Source of the DNA: an uncultured delta proteobacterium | GTDB taxonomy: Bacteria; Myxococcota; Myxococcia; Myxococcales; Anaeromyxobacteraceae | Length of the DNA stretch: 64,000 nucleotides | Reading direction: 5' to 3' | NCBI GenBank assembly: GCA_963828255.1 | Contig: CAWHDZ010000011.1 | Span: 64,001-128,000, forward strand | Part shown: in pieces, positions 30,739 to 41,077 of the stretch | How positions within the stretch are numbered: position 1 is the first letter of the stretch | How the letters are laid out: each line of letters starts with the position of its first letter | Made by a program: the position numbers and the translations under genes | Notes under the pieces: model-generated | Seen by the model: only the letters and a program-made list of their open reading frames with translations | The model's database searches: none | Told to the model about the DNA's origin: nothing

Positions 30739-31163
30739 GCGGCGTACCAGCCTGCGGCGAGCGCCAGGGCTGCGAGGACCGCCGCGAGCAGCACCCAGGG
30801 CCAGCGCGATCGCTTCTCGCCACGCGCCGCCGGTGCGGGCCTCTGGCGCAGCGCCGAGGTCGCTGGATGCACCGGGGAACCCACCCTTGGCGGAGCGGGC
30901 TCCGGTGGCTTCACGCCGGCGATGTTCGCCGTCTGCTCCTCCACACCGGGCGCGGAGAAGCCGAAGAGGGCCGTCTTCTCGTCACCGGCCGGCCGGACCT
31001 CGACCCTTCGCTCCTCCGCCTGCGAGACGGGGGCGCCGGGCGACGGGGGCGCCGCACGGAAGACGTGCTCGCAGCGGGTGCACTTCACGAGCGCCCCGTG
31101 GGGCGGGAGCCGCTTCTCGTCCAGTTCGTAGATGGTCGCGCAGCGTTCGCAGCGGATCCGCAC
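30675..31163 (-). CDS. MJ0042-type zinc-ribbon membrane protein (short)
   Basis: [22 protein letters not shown], Pro-rich linker, one TM helix. Confidence 0.8.
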   Translation of the reverse strand: MRIRCERCATIYELDEKRLPPHGALVKCTRCEHVFRAAPPSPGAPVSQAEERRVEVRPAGDEKTALFGFSAPGVEEQTANIAGVKPPEPAPPRVGSPVHPATSALRQRPAPAARGEKRSRWPWVLLAAVLAALALAAGWYAAQSRVATPTTRLPAGVVLFPT

Positions 31164-31209
31164 GGGTGCCCCCCTCGGTCCCACACTACCCCGAGCCATC
31201 GATCCACGG

Positions 31210-31605
31210 CTACGGCGACGTGACCGTGAGGAAGGGGCGCGCCTGCCTCATGCGGGCGGGGCCGATGCCCCGGACGCGGAGGAGCCCATCCGGACGGCCG
31301 AAGGGCCCCCGTTCCTCCCTGTCCCGGACCACCTCGCCGGCGAGACCAGGGCCGATGCCCGGCACGGCCGCGAGGTCGCCTGCGGTGGCCCGGTCGAGGT
31401 CCACGGCGCGGCCCAGGAGCACCAGCTCGAGGCCGGAAAGCGGACGGTCCGCGCCGGGATCGCCCCGGCAGCCGATCCAGTGGGCCGGGGGCGTTCCGCG
31501 ACCAGCCGGCTCGCAAGGCGGCGGTCCGGCGCCCGGAACACGCCGCAGGGCGGACGGTCCGAGGGATGCGAGGAGAAGCGCGGCGAGGGCCATCCGTCGA
31601 GGCAC
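31210..31605 (-). CDS. ComEA-like helix-hairpin-helix DNA-binding protein
   Basis: VPGIGP and VRGIGP HhH motifs. Confidence 0.85.
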   Translation of the reverse strand: MPRRMALAALLLASLGPSALRRVPGAGPPPCEPAGRGTPPAHWIGCRGDPGADRPLSGLELVLLGRAVDLDRATAGDLAAVPGIGPGLAGEVVRDREERGPFGRPDGLLRVRGIGPARMRQARPFLTVTSP

Positions 31606-31692
31606 GGCGGCCCTGGGAGCAAGGCGCGCGCCATCCTGGCCGGGGTGGGAATCGGTAGGGAAACGTGCGATTCATTTTCGCCGGAGGTGGTC

Positions 31693-33198
31693 ATGGCGAG
31701 GGTCGTCCTGGACGGGGAGAGCCTGGCGCTCGAGCAGATCGAGCAGGTTGCGCGAGGCGGCGCCCGGGTCGAGCTCGCCTCCGTCGCGCGGGACCGCGTG
31801 CGCGCGGCGCGCGCGCTCGTCGAGGCCCGTCTCGACGACGGGGAGGCCCACTACGGGATCAACACCGGCTTCGGGACGCTGGCCGAGGTCCGGATCGCCC
31901 GCGGAGATCTGGAGAAGCTCCAGCGCAACCTGGTCCTCTCCCACGCTGCGGGCGTCGGGGCCCCCCTCTCCCTCGCGGAGGCCCGTGCCCTCGTCCTGCT
32001 CCGGGCCAACGTCCTCGCCAAGGGGCGCAGCGGCATCCGCGAGGAGACCCTCGACCTCGTCCTCGCCCTCCTGGAGCGGGACTGCATCCCGGTGGTCCCG
32101 GAGCGGGGCTCGGTGGGCGCCTCGGGTGACCTCGCCCCCCTGGCCCACCTGGCGCTCGTCGTCATCGGCGAGGGGGAGGCCTGGGTGGGGGGCCACCGCC
32201 TGCCCGGGCGCGAGGCGCTCGCCCGGGTCGGGCTGCGCCCGGTGGTGCTGCAGGCCAAGGAGGGGCTCGCCCTCGTGAACGGGACCCAGGCCATGGTTGC
32301 GGTGGGATCGCTCGCCCAGACCCGCGCCGACCGGCTCGCCGCGATGGCCGACGTGGCCGGCTCGATGACGCTCGAGGGGCTGCTCGGTTCCCACCGCCCG
32401 TTCCTGGCCTCGATCCAGGAGGCCCGCGGCCAGCACGGCCAGGCGGCTGCCGCCGCCCACCTCCGGGAGCTTCTCGCCGACTCCCCCCTGAACGCCTCGC
32501 ACCAGGGGCCCGACTGCCACCGGGTCCAGGATCCCTACTCGCTCCGGTGCATGCCCCAGGTGCACGGGGCGGCCCGCGACGGCCTGGCCTTCTCCCGCGG
32601 CGTGCTCGGACGGGAGGCGAACGCGGCGACCGACAACCCGCTGGTCTTCGCCGAGGTGGGGGACATCGTCTCGGGGGGCAACTTCCACGGGCAGCCGGTG
32701 TCGCTGGCGCTCGACGTGATGGCCATCGCCGCCTCCCACCTGGCCACCATCTCGGAGCGGCGGGTGGAACAGCTGGTGAATCCCATGCTCTCCGGGCTCC
32801 CGCCCTTCCTGGCCCGCAACCCCGGGCTCGACTCCGGGTACATGATCGCCCAGGTGACCAGCGCCGCGCTGGTCTCGGAGAACAAGGTGCTGGCCCACCC
32901 GGCCAGCGTGGACTCCATCCCCTCGTCGGCAGGGCGGGAGGACCACGTCTCCATGGGCATGACCGCAGCGCTCAAGGCCCGCTCGGTGGTGGAGAACGTC
33001 CGCACCTGCCTGGCCGTCGAGATGCTGGTGGCCGCCCAGGCCCTGGACCTGCGCCGTCCGCTGCGCCCCGCGGCGCGCGTGGCCGAGGCCCACCGGCGCA
33101 TCCGCGAGGCGGTCCCCCACCTCGACGAGGACCGCGAACTGCACCGGGACATCACGGCCGTGTGCCGCCTCGTGGACGAGGGCGGCCTCGACCTGTAG
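31693..33198 (+). CDS. hutH: Histidine ammonia-lyase
   Basis: [11 protein letters not shown] motif [23 protein letters not shown] and EDHVSMG. Confidence 0.96.
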   Translation: MARVVLDGESLALEQIEQVARGGARVELASVARDRVRAARALVEARLDDGEAHYGINTGFGTLAEVRIARGDLEKLQRNLVLSHAAGVGAPLSLAEARALVLLRANVLAKGRSGIREETLDLVLALLERDCIPVVPERGSVGASGDLAPLAHLALVVIGEGEAWVGGHRLPGREALARVGLRPVVLQAKEGLALVNGTQAMVAVGSLAQTRADRLAAMADVAGSMTLEGLLGSHRPFLASIQEARGQHGQAAAAAHLRELLADSPLNASHQGPDCHRVQDPYSLRCMPQVHGAARDGLAFSRGVLGREANAATDNPLVFAEVGDIVSGGNFHGQPVSLALDVMAIAASHLATISERRVEQLVNPMLSGLPPFLARNPGLDSGYMIAQVTSAALVSENKVLAHPASVDSIPSSAGREDHVSMGMTAALKARSVVENVRTCLAVEMLVAAQALDLRRPLRPAARVAEAHRRIREAVPHLDEDRELHRDITAVCRLVDEGGLDL

Positions 33199-34590
33199 CT
33201 ACCCCACCGCGGGCGGGTTCAGGCAGAGCGCCTCGTTCAGGGCCGCCACCGCCCGCTTGTAGTCCTCGCGGCCGATGACGAACTGGATGCTGGTCTGGCG
33301 CAGCGACTGGGACACCGCGTTCACGTTGATGCGCTGCGCGGCCAGCGCCTGGGTGGCGCGGGCCAGGACGCCCGGGAAGGCGATGTTGGTGCCGATGGCG
33401 CAGACCATGGCCGAGGGGACCACCGTCACCACCTCGTAGGCGTTCTCGAGCTCCTCGATGAAGGCCGGCGTGACCGACTTGTCCCAGACCACCTGGGTGA
33501 TCGAGTTCGCGTTGGTGGCCTTGAGGATGTAGGAGACGCCGTGGCGGGCGAAGACCTCCATCACCCGCGCGTCGAAGCCGACGGCGCCCACCATCGACGG
33601 GTCGTGGATCTCGATGGCCGTGACCCTGGGCGAGCCGGCGATGACCTCGATGCGGGCCTTCGTGCCCACGTACTCCTTGGTGATGAGCGTGCCGGGGTGG
33701 TCGGGCTCGAAGGTGTTCTTGAGGCGCAGCGGGATCGCCGCCAGCTCCATGGGCTTGGCGGCCTTGGGGTGGATGGCCTCCATCCCCACGTCGGCCAGCT
33801 GATCGGCCACGTCGTAGTTGGTCATCCCGACCAGCACGGTGTTCTTCGCACCCACGATCTCCGGGTCGGCCGAGGAGAGGTGGAACTCCTTGTGGATGAT
33901 GGCCTCGGCGGGCATGAGCTCGACCGCCACCTTGCTGAAGGTCACCTCGGAGTACCCGCGGTCGAACTCCCGCATGATGCCCTCGATGCCCTTGGTGTAG
34001 CCGGTGACCACCACGACCTGCCCGGCCACGTCCACGCCCTGGAAGGACTTGTGGATGCGCTGGTCGATGGTGAGGGCCTCGTCGTCGTCGAAGCCGGAGA
34101 GGTCGAGGAGCTCCGCCTTCACGCCCCTGGCCTTCAGGATGGCCACGCTGTTGAACGCGCTGTGCGCCTCGCCGATGGCGGCCAGCATCTCCCGGGCGGC
34201 GAGGAGGACGTTGTCGCGACGCAGGTAGCCGCTCGCCAGCACGTGGCGCATCGAGTCCAGGTAGGCGCGCAGTTCCTTCATCCGCCTGTCGAGGAAGCCG
34301 TCGGCGGTCGCCACGTCGAGGCCGATGGCGGCAAAGCCGGCGTTGGTGGCCTTGAGCTTGCCGAGCAGGGCCTCGAGGGCGCCGTGGTAGTCGTCGCCCG
34401 AGGCGAACTTGGCGTAGATGCCCGGAGCGCCGTTCTTCTTGTTCTCGAGCAGCTCGTTGGTCACGCCGGCGTAGGCGGAGACGATGTAGACCCGGCCGTA
34501 CACCTGCCTGGGGTCGCGCAGCATGATGTTCGCGAGGACGTCGTCGAACTTCGACATCGACGTCCCGCCGATCTTCTCTACCGTGATCAT
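33199..34590 (-). CDS. ask: Aspartate kinase, ectoine-associated (Ask_Ect-like) subfamily
   Basis: TVEKIGGTSMS, LLENKK..APG, GEAHSAFNS, FDRGYSE.TFS, IIHKEFHLSSADP and TNYDVADQLA motifs; ACT domains. Confidence 0.88.
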   Translation of the reverse strand: MITVEKIGGTSMSKFDDVLANIMLRDPRQVYGRVYIVSAYAGVTNELLENKKNGAPGIYAKFASGDDYHGALEALLGKLKATNAGFAAIGLDVATADGFLDRRMKELRAYLDSMRHVLASGYLRRDNVLLAAREMLAAIGEAHSAFNSVAILKARGVKAELLDLSGFDDDEALTIDQRIHKSFQGVDVAGQVVVVTGYTKGIEGIMREFDRGYSEVTFSKVAVELMPAEAIIHKEFHLSSADPEIVGAKNTVLVGMTNYDVADQLADVGMEAIHPKAAKPMELAAIPLRLKNTFEPDHPGTLITKEYVGTKARIEVIAGSPRVTAIEIHDPSMVGAVGFDARVMEVFARHGVSYILKATNANSITQVVWDKSVTPAFIEELENAYEVVTVVPSAMVCAIGTNIAFPGVLARATQALAAQRINVNAVSQSLRQTSIQFVIGREDYKRAVAALNEALCLNPPAVG

Positions 34591-34629
34591 CTTCGGTCTT
34601 CCCGGTCGCTGGAGGAGCCGGAAAAGGAA

Positions 34630-35748
34630 TCACGAAGCGAGGTCGGGGGCAAGCACGACGCGGGGGTCGGCCCCGGCGAGCCGCACCGCCCTCTTCAATC
34701 CGGCCCAGGGAACCCGCGCGACCGCCTCGTCGGGCGTGAAGAAGCCCCACTCGCGGTGCTCGCCGGAGAGGCACGGCGCGAAGCCGTCGGGGAGGATCGC
34801 CGCGAAGGCGGTCTCCCGCCCGGTGCGCATCCCCCCTCCGGCCCGGGCGGACTGGGAGGGGCCGAGGGCGAAGCCGTGCACGTAGCCGAGGGGGCGGACC
34901 GGCAGGTCGGCCCCGGTCTCCTCCCGCAGCTCGCGGCGCGCCGCCGCGGCCGGGTCCTCCCCGGGCTCGATGCAGCCGGTGACCTGCTGCCAGAAGCCTC
35001 CCCGCTCCTCCGACCGGCGCAGGAGCAGGACCTTCCCGTCGGCGCGGGTCGCCGTCACCGAGATGGTGCGCAGGTCGAAGTCGCCGTCCCGCCGATCCCG
35101 CTCCAGCACCGCGCAGAGGTGGACGGCCAGCCTCTCCTCGACCTCGGCGAGGGTGGGCGCGGCCCGGCCGGCCCGCGCCAGCTCGGCCGCCAGGGTAGTC
35201 ACTCCCAGTGACGGATCCCCGATGCCGCACGGGACGATGGCCCCGAAGTGGCTGAGGTCGGCCTGGGCGTTGAAGGCCAGTCCGTGCGTGGAGATCCAGC
35301 GGGAGAGGTGCACCCCGACGGCCCCCACCTTGCGGGGGCCGATCCAGGCCCCGCGGTGCTCCGGGTGGCGTCCGGCCTCCACGCCCCAGTCGGCGCAGGC
35401 CCGGATCATGGCCTCCTCCAGCGCACCCACGAACTTCCGGACGTCCGGCCTTCCCGACAGGTCCACCACCGGGTAGGCCACCACCTGGCCGGGCCCGTGG
35501 TAGGTCACGTCCCCTCCCCGGTCGGTCTGGTGGATCTCGAAGCCCCGCGCGGCGAGCCAGTCCGGCGAGGCGACGACGTTTCCGGCGCCCGCGCCCCGAC
35601 CCAGGGTGAGGACGGGCGGGTGCTCGAGCAGGAAGAGCCAGTCGGCGTCGGGGTCGCGAGCGCGCACCCGCTCCGCCGCGAGCCGCATGAGCTCCAGGCC
35701 GTCGGCGTACTCGACCCTTCCGAGCCTGTGAACCCGGAGCGTCCGCAC
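34630..35748 (-). CDS. lipB: Octanoyltransferase LipB fused to a C-terminal NudB-like NUDIX domain
   Basis: LEHPPVLTLG, RGGDVTYHGPGQ and IVPCG motifs, then FWQQVTGCIEPGE...AARRELREETG. Confidence 0.9.
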   Translation of the reverse strand: MRTLRVHRLGRVEYADGLELMRLAAERVRARDPDADWLFLLEHPPVLTLGRGAGAGNVVASPDWLAARGFEIHQTDRGGDVTYHGPGQVVAYPVVDLSGRPDVRKFVGALEEAMIRACADWGVEAGRHPEHRGAWIGPRKVGAVGVHLSRWISTHGLAFNAQADLSHFGAIVPCGIGDPSLGVTTLAAELARAGRAAPTLAEVEERLAVHLCAVLERDRRDGDFDLRTISVTATRADGKVLLLRRSEERGGFWQQVTGCIEPGEDPAAAARRELREETGADLPVRPLGYVHGFALGPSQSARAGGGMRTGRETAFAAILPDGFAPCLSGEHREWGFFTPDEAVARVPWAGLKRAVRLAGADPRVVLAPDLAS

Positions 35749-35758
35749 GCGCGCCCCT

Positions 35759-37204
35759 CTATGCCTTCGCGGCCGGCTCCGCCTTCTCCCGGCGGGGGCG
35801 CTCCGGCCGGTTGATGGCGTGGATGGCCTCCCCGAGCGCCGCCTTCGACGCCTCCATGAAGGCCTCGGCCAGCGTCGGGTGGGCGTGGACGGTGAGCGCG
35901 ACATCCTCGACGTAGGCCCCCATCTCGAGCGCCAGCGTGGCCTCGGCGATGAGGTCGGAGGCCTCCGGACCGACCATGGTCACCCCGAGCAGGAGCTTCG
36001 AGTCGCGGTCGCCGATCACCTTCACGAATCCCTCGGTGTGATCGATGGCGATCGCGCGCCCGAGCGCCGCGAAGGCGAACTTGCCGACGATGGGGTCGAG
36101 CCCCTTGGCCCGGGCCTGCTCCTCGGAGAGGCCGGTGGTGGCCACCTCCGGGTCGGTGAAGATGGCGCCGGGCATGGCCACCCAGTCGCGCGCCGACTTG
36201 TGGCCGGCGACCACCTCGGCGGCGATCTCCCCCTCCTTCGAGGCCTTGTGGGCCAGGAACGGGGGGCCGACCACGTCGCCGACGGCGAAGACCGCGGGAT
36301 TGGAGCTGCGGAGCTGCTCGTCCACCTGCACGTAGCCCCTGGCGTCGAGCTTCACGCCCGCCGTCTCGAGCCCCAGCCCTTCGGTGTTGGGACGGAAGCC
36401 CACCGCCACGAGCACCTTGTCGGCCGGGATCGCCTGCTCCTTCCCCTCCACCTCGATGCGCACCGACAGCGCGCCCCCGGCGGCGTCCAGCCCCTTCGCC
36501 TTGGCGTTCAGGTGGACGTCCACGCCCCGCTGCCGCAGCCCCTTCTGGACGATGCGCACCGCATCCGGGTCCACCCCGGTGAGGAGCGCGGGCAGCGCCT
36601 CCACCACGGTGACCTTCGAGCCCAGCTTTGCGTAGACCGTGCCGAGCTCGAGCCCGATCACCCCGCCTCCGATGACGACGAGCCGGGCAGGGACCTCGGG
36701 CAGGTCGAGCGCCTCGCGGGCCGTCCAGACGTCCTTGCCGTAGGCGAAGCCGGGGATGGCGATGGGGCGCGCGCCGGTCGCCAGGATGAAGGCCGCGGCC
36801 TCGACGCGGGTCTTCTCGCCGCCGGCCTCGACCTCCACGGCGTTCGGCCCGACGAAGGTGGCGGTGCCCTTCAGCACCTCCACGCCGTTGCCCTTCTCGA
36901 GCGCGCCGACCCCGCCGACGAGCTTCTTCACCACGCCCTCCTTGAAGGCGCGGAGCCTCGCGATGTCCACCTTGGGCTCGGAGACCAGGATCCCGCGCTC
37001 GGCCGCGCCGCGGATCTCGTCCACCAGGTTGCCCACCGCGATGAGCGCCTTGGAGGGGATGCACCCCCAGTTCAGGCAGACGCCGCCCAGCGACTCCTTC
37101 TCCACGAGCGCAGTCTTCTTGCCCAGCTGGGCGAGCCGGATGGCCGCCACGTATCCGCCGGGTCCGGCGCCGATCACCACCGCGTCGAAGGTCTTGGTCG
37201 TCAT
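35759..37204 (-). CDS. lpdA: Dihydrolipoyl dehydrogenase (E3)
   Basis: GAGPGGY, GGVCLNWGCIPSK and HAHPTLAE motifs. Confidence 0.96.
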   Translation of the reverse strand: MTTKTFDAVVIGAGPGGYVAAIRLAQLGKKTALVEKESLGGVCLNWGCIPSKALIAVGNLVDEIRGAAERGILVSEPKVDIARLRAFKEGVVKKLVGGVGALEKGNGVEVLKGTATFVGPNAVEVEAGGEKTRVEAAAFILATGARPIAIPGFAYGKDVWTAREALDLPEVPARLVVIGGGVIGLELGTVYAKLGSKVTVVEALPALLTGVDPDAVRIVQKGLRQRGVDVHLNAKAKGLDAAGGALSVRIEVEGKEQAIPADKVLVAVGFRPNTEGLGLETAGVKLDARGYVQVDEQLRSSNPAVFAVGDVVGPPFLAHKASKEGEIAAEVVAGHKSARDWVAMPGAIFTDPEVATTGLSEEQARAKGLDPIVGKFAFAALGRAIAIDHTEGFVKVIGDRDSKLLLGVTMVGPEASDLIAEATLALEMGAYVEDVALTVHAHPTLAEAFMEASKAALGEAIHAINRPERPRREKAEPAAKA

Positions 37205-38076
37205 CCGTCTCTCCTGGTTCCCCTGGATATACCGCGCTTTTGCCGCCTCGCCCGCTCCGCGTCGGCCAGGACCCGAGGGGTCCGCGGGGCCACCCCACCC
37301 AGGTCCTGGACGACCACCGCGGCCGCGACCAGCCCGAAGACCCCGGTCACGAAGGCCACGCTCCCTTGGCACTTTTGATCCCGCCGCCGCTGCCCGTCCG
37401 GGCGGGGGCGGGTCCCGGGGATGCCCTCCTCGTCCCCCGGGAGGGACAGGCTCTCCCGCGGCTCCTCGACCGACCAGACCGCCTTCACCCCGAGGGGGGC
37501 GGTGGCCGAGATGTCGTGACGCCTGCGCAGGTACTTGCGGACGTCCTTGGCGAGCTGATCGGTGTGGGTCTCGGAGAGGTCGGTGACCTGGACCGCGGTG
37601 GGGTCGATCCTCCGCGCCGCCCCGAGGCACGTGACGACCGGGATGCCCAGGTCGAGACAGCGGGCGATGACGTGCAGCTTCGCGACCACCGTGTCCATCG
37701 CATCCACGACGAAGGACGTCCCGGCCGGCACGAGCCGCTCGGCCGTCTCCGATCCGTAGGGCACGCACTCCGGGTCGAACCGGGCCGTGGGGGCGATCCG
37801 GGAGAGCCGCTCGGCGAGCACCTCGGCCTTGAACCGGCCGAACTCCCCGTCGAGGGCGTGCAGCTGGCGGTTGGCGTTGGTCTCGTCCACCCGCTCCCCG
37901 TCCACCAGGGTGAGCCATCCCACCCCGGCGCGGGCCAGCGCCTCGGCGCTGAAGGAGCCCACCCCGCCGAGCCCCAGGACGACCACGTGGGCCTCCCCGA
38001 GCCGGGCCACCGCCTCGAGCCCGAGGAGGCGCGCGTTCCGGTCGGAGCGGGGGGAAGTCTTGCGGTTCCCGGTCAC
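37201..38076 (-). CDS. tcdA: tRNA threonylcarbamoyladenosine dehydratase (ThiF family)
   Basis: GLGGVGS, NANRQLHA, VVDAMD and AVWSVE motifs. Confidence 0.85.
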   Translation of the reverse strand: MTGNRKTSPRSDRNARLLGLEAVARLGEAHVVVLGLGGVGSFSAEALARAGVGWLTLVDGERVDETNANRQLHALDGEFGRFKAEVLAERLSRIAPTARFDPECVPYGSETAERLVPAGTSFVVDAMDTVVAKLHVIARCLDLGIPVVTCLGAARRIDPTAVQVTDLSETHTDQLAKDVRKYLRRRHDISATAPLGVKAVWSVEEPRESLSLPGDEEGIPGTRPRPDGQRRRDQKCQGSVAFVTGVFGLVAAAVVVQDLGGVAPRTPRVLADAERARRQKRGISRGTRRDG

Positions 38077-38079
38077 GTG

Positions 38080-38865
38080 TCAGGCCGGGGTGAGGCGCAG
38101 GAGGCGCCGCGCGTTCTCGGTGGTGAGCCGGTCGAGCTCGCCGGGGGTGACGCCCCGGGCGAGGGCCAGGGCGCCGAGCACGAGCGGAAGGTGGGCCGGC
38201 TCGTTCCTCGTCCCGCGGTGCGGGTGGGGGCTCTGGTCGGGGGCGTCGGTCTCCACGAGCAGCCGGTCCGGAGCGATGGCCCGGGCGGCCGCGAGCGGCT
38301 TGCGCACCCCCTCGTACGTGACCGGCCCGGCGAAGGAGAAGTGGAGCCCCAGCGCCGCGAAGGGGGGCACCTGCTCGGCGCTCCCGGAGAAGCTGTGCAG
38401 GACCCCTCCGGAAGGGAGGCCGTCCCTCGCCAGCTCCTCGAGCATGGCGTCGTGGGCCCGGAGCGAGTGGAGCAGGACCGGGAGCCCCAGCCTGCGGGCG
38501 ATGGCGAGGTGCCCGCGGAGCACCGCCCGCTGCCGTTCGAGCGGGGCGCCGGCCTCGACGCTCGGGCCGTCGAGTCCGCACTCACCGACCGCCACGGCCC
38601 CTCCGCGGGCCAGGAGCGATTCCAGGTCGGCCAGGTGGCGATCGTCGCCGGACGGGGCCATCCCGGGCAACGCCTGCGGGTGGATGCCCAGGGCCACGTG
38701 GACGCCGGGGTGGCTCGAACCGAGGGTGACGAGCCCCGGCCAGCCGGAGGGCTCCACGGCCGGGACCACCACGTCGGTGACCCCCACGGCGCGGGCACGG
38801 GCCAGGGCCTGCTCACGGTCCCCGTCGAAGGCGGGGGAGTCGAGGTGGCAGTGGGTGTCGATCAC
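38080..38865 (-). CDS. TatD-family hydrolase
   Basis: DTHCHL, GIHP, GECGLD and ETDAPD motifs. Confidence 0.93.
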   Translation of the reverse strand: MIDTHCHLDSPAFDGDREQALARARAVGVTDVVVPAVEPSGWPGLVTLGSSHPGVHVALGIHPQALPGMAPSGDDRHLADLESLLARGGAVAVGECGLDGPSVEAGAPLERQRAVLRGHLAIARRLGLPVLLHSLRAHDAMLEELARDGLPSGGVLHSFSGSAEQVPPFAALGLHFSFAGPVTYEGVRKPLAAARAIAPDRLLVETDAPDQSPHPHRGTRNEPAHLPLVLGALALARGVTPGELDRLTTENARRLLRLTPA

Positions 38866-38868
38866 CCG

Positions 38869-40074
38869 CTACACCGTGTGCAGGAAGAGCAGGGCCGGGT
38901 TCTCGAGGTGACGGATCACCTCGTAGGTGAAGGCGGCCGCCTCGGTTCCGTCCACCACGCGGTGGTCGCTGGTGAGCGACACGTACATCACGTCCCGGAT
39001 GACCACCTGCCCGTCACGCGCCACCGGCGTGGGGCGGATGCGGTGCACCCCCAGGATGGCCACCTCGGGGAAGTTGATCACCGGGGTCGCGAACATGCCT
39101 CCCAGCGCACCCAGGCTCGTCACCGTGAACGTGGAGTTGCCCACGTCCTGCGGGTGCAGCTTGCCGGCCCGGCTGTCGGCGCCCAGGCGGGCGATCTCCC
39201 GGGCCAGGTCCAGGACGGAGCGCTGATCGGCCCGCCGGACCACCGGCACGGTGAGCCCCTGGTCGGTGGCCGCCGCGATTCCCAGGTCGTACCAGTGCTT
39301 GCGGTGGATCTCCCCGCGTGCCTCGTCGAAGGAGGCGTTGAGCTGCGGGAACTTGCGGAGCGCGGCCACGGCCGCCTTGAGCACGAAGGGGAGGAAGGTG
39401 ATCTTCACGCCCTCTGCCTCCGCGCCCTTCCCCATCCGCTCCTTCAGCGCCACGAGATCGGTGGCGTCCACCTGCTCGACGAAGGTGAAGTGGGCGGCGG
39501 TGCGCTTCGACTGCGCCATCTTCTCGGCGATGCGGCGGCGCAGGCCGCGTACGGGAACGACCTCGACCGTGCCCGCCAGGGCAGCCGGACCTGCGGCGAG
39601 CGCGGCGGACCCGTTCGCAGCCGCACTTCCCCGCACGTCCTCCTTGGTGACCCGGCCCGACGGGCCGGTGGGGGTGACCCCCTGGATGTCCACACCGAGC
39701 GCGCGGGCGAGCGCACGGACGGCCGGCGCGGCCAGCGCCCTCCCCGTCGCCCCCGTGGCCGGGCGGACCTCCACGGCGGGCGGGACGGTCGCCTCCGGCG
39801 CCGCCGCCACGGCGGCCGGGGCCTGCACGGCGCCCCCCTCGAGCTCCAGCTCGACGAGGGCATGGTGGACCCTGGCCACCTCCCCTTCCTTCCAGTGAAG
39901 GCGGGTCACCCGGCCGCGCTTGGGCGACGGGATGGTCACGGTGGCCTTGTCGGTCATCACCTCGGCGAGCGGCTGGTCCTCCACCACGGAGTCGCCGGGC
40001 TTCACGAACCACTTCAGGATCTCGGCCTCGACGACCCCTTCGCCGATGTCGGGCAGCAGGAACTGGTAGGCCAT
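38869..40074 (-). CDS. 2-oxoacid dehydrogenase E2 (dihydrolipoamide acyltransferase)
   Basis: Lipoyl TDKA, E3-binding domain and DHRVVDG motif. Confidence 0.95.
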   Translation of the reverse strand: MAYQFLLPDIGEGVVEAEILKWFVKPGDSVVEDQPLAEVMTDKATVTIPSPKRGRVTRLHWKEGEVARVHHALVELELEGGAVQAPAAVAAAPEATVPPAVEVRPATGATGRALAAPAVRALARALGVDIQGVTPTGPSGRVTKEDVRGSAAANGSAALAAGPAALAGTVEVVPVRGLRRRIAEKMAQSKRTAAHFTFVEQVDATDLVALKERMGKGAEAEGVKITFLPFVLKAAVAALRKFPQLNASFDEARGEIHRKHWYDLGIAAATDQGLTVPVVRRADQRSVLDLAREIARLGADSRAGKLHPQDVGNSTFTVTSLGALGGMFATPVINFPEVAILGVHRIRPTPVARDGQVVIRDVMYVSLTSDHRVVDGTEAAAFTYEVIRHLENPALLFLHTV

Positions 40075-40093
40075 GTTTCCTCTTCCGGTGCGG

Positions 40094-41068
40094 CTAGAAC
40101 GCGACGACCTCGCGGATGGCCTTGAGGATGCGCGGCGCGCGAGGAAGGTACTCGCTCTCGAGCGTATAGGGGAACGGCGTGTCGAATCCGGTGACCCGGG
40201 TCACCGGCGCCTCCAGGTGGAGGAAGCAGCGCTCCTGGATGAGCGCGGAGATCTCGGCGCCGAATCCACAGGTCCGGGGCGCCTCGTGGACCACGACCGC
40301 GCGGCCGGTCTTGCGGACCGACGCCTCGATGGCGTCGATGTCGAGGGGCTGGAGCGACCGGAGATCGATGAGCTCGGCGTCGATCCCCAGGGCGGCGCCC
40401 TCCTTCACCGCCTGGTCGGCCTCGTGCCACATGGCGCCCCAGGCGATCACGGTGACCTGCGTGCCCTCCCGGGTGACCCTGGCCTTGCCGATGGGCACCA
40501 CCACCTCGCCCTCCGGAACCTCCCCCTTGGCGGCGCGGTACATCCGCTTGGGCTCGAAGAAGAGCACCGGGTCGGGGTCGCGGATGGCCGCGGTGAGGAG
40601 CCCCTTGGCGTCGTGCGGGTTCGCGGGCACGACCACCTTGAGGCCGGCGGTGTGGATGAAGTGGGCCTCCGGTGACTGGGAGTGATAGTGGCCGCCGCGG
40701 ATCCCGCCCCCGTAGGGGGTGCGGATCACCATGGGGCAGGCGTACTGCCCTCCCGAGCGGTACCGGTACTTGGCCACCTCGCTCAGGATCTGGTCCATGG
40801 CGGGGAAGATGAAGTCGGCGAACTGGATCTCCGGCACGGGCTTCAGCCCGTAGAGCGCCATGCCGAGCGCGGTCCCGATGACGCCGCTCTCGGCCAGCGG
40901 CGTGTCGATGACCCGCTCCTTGCCGAACTCCTCCTGGAGCCCCTGGCTGGCGCGGAACACCCCGCCGAACTTGCCCACGTCCTCCCCCAGCACGACGACG
41001 CTCGCGTCGCGCCGCATCTCGAGCCGGAGGGCGTCGTTCACCGCCTGGATGATGTTCATCGTCGGCAT
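40094..41068 (-). CDS. 2-oxoacid dehydrogenase E1 beta subunit
   Basis: GEDVG..GGVFR, DTPLAE, EIQFADF and HSQSPE motifs. Confidence 0.95.
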   Translation of the reverse strand: MPTMNIIQAVNDALRLEMRRDASVVVLGEDVGKFGGVFRASQGLQEEFGKERVIDTPLAESGVIGTALGMALYGLKPVPEIQFADFIFPAMDQILSEVAKYRYRSGGQYACPMVIRTPYGGGIRGGHYHSQSPEAHFIHTAGLKVVVPANPHDAKGLLTAAIRDPDPVLFFEPKRMYRAAKGEVPEGEVVVPIGKARVTREGTQVTVIAWGAMWHEADQAVKEGAALGIDAELIDLRSLQPLDIDAIEASVRKTGRAVVVHEAPRTCGFGAEISALIQERCFLHLEAPVTRVTGFDTPFPYTLESEYLPRAPRILKAIREVVAF

Positions 41069-41077
41069 GTGGCGTGG

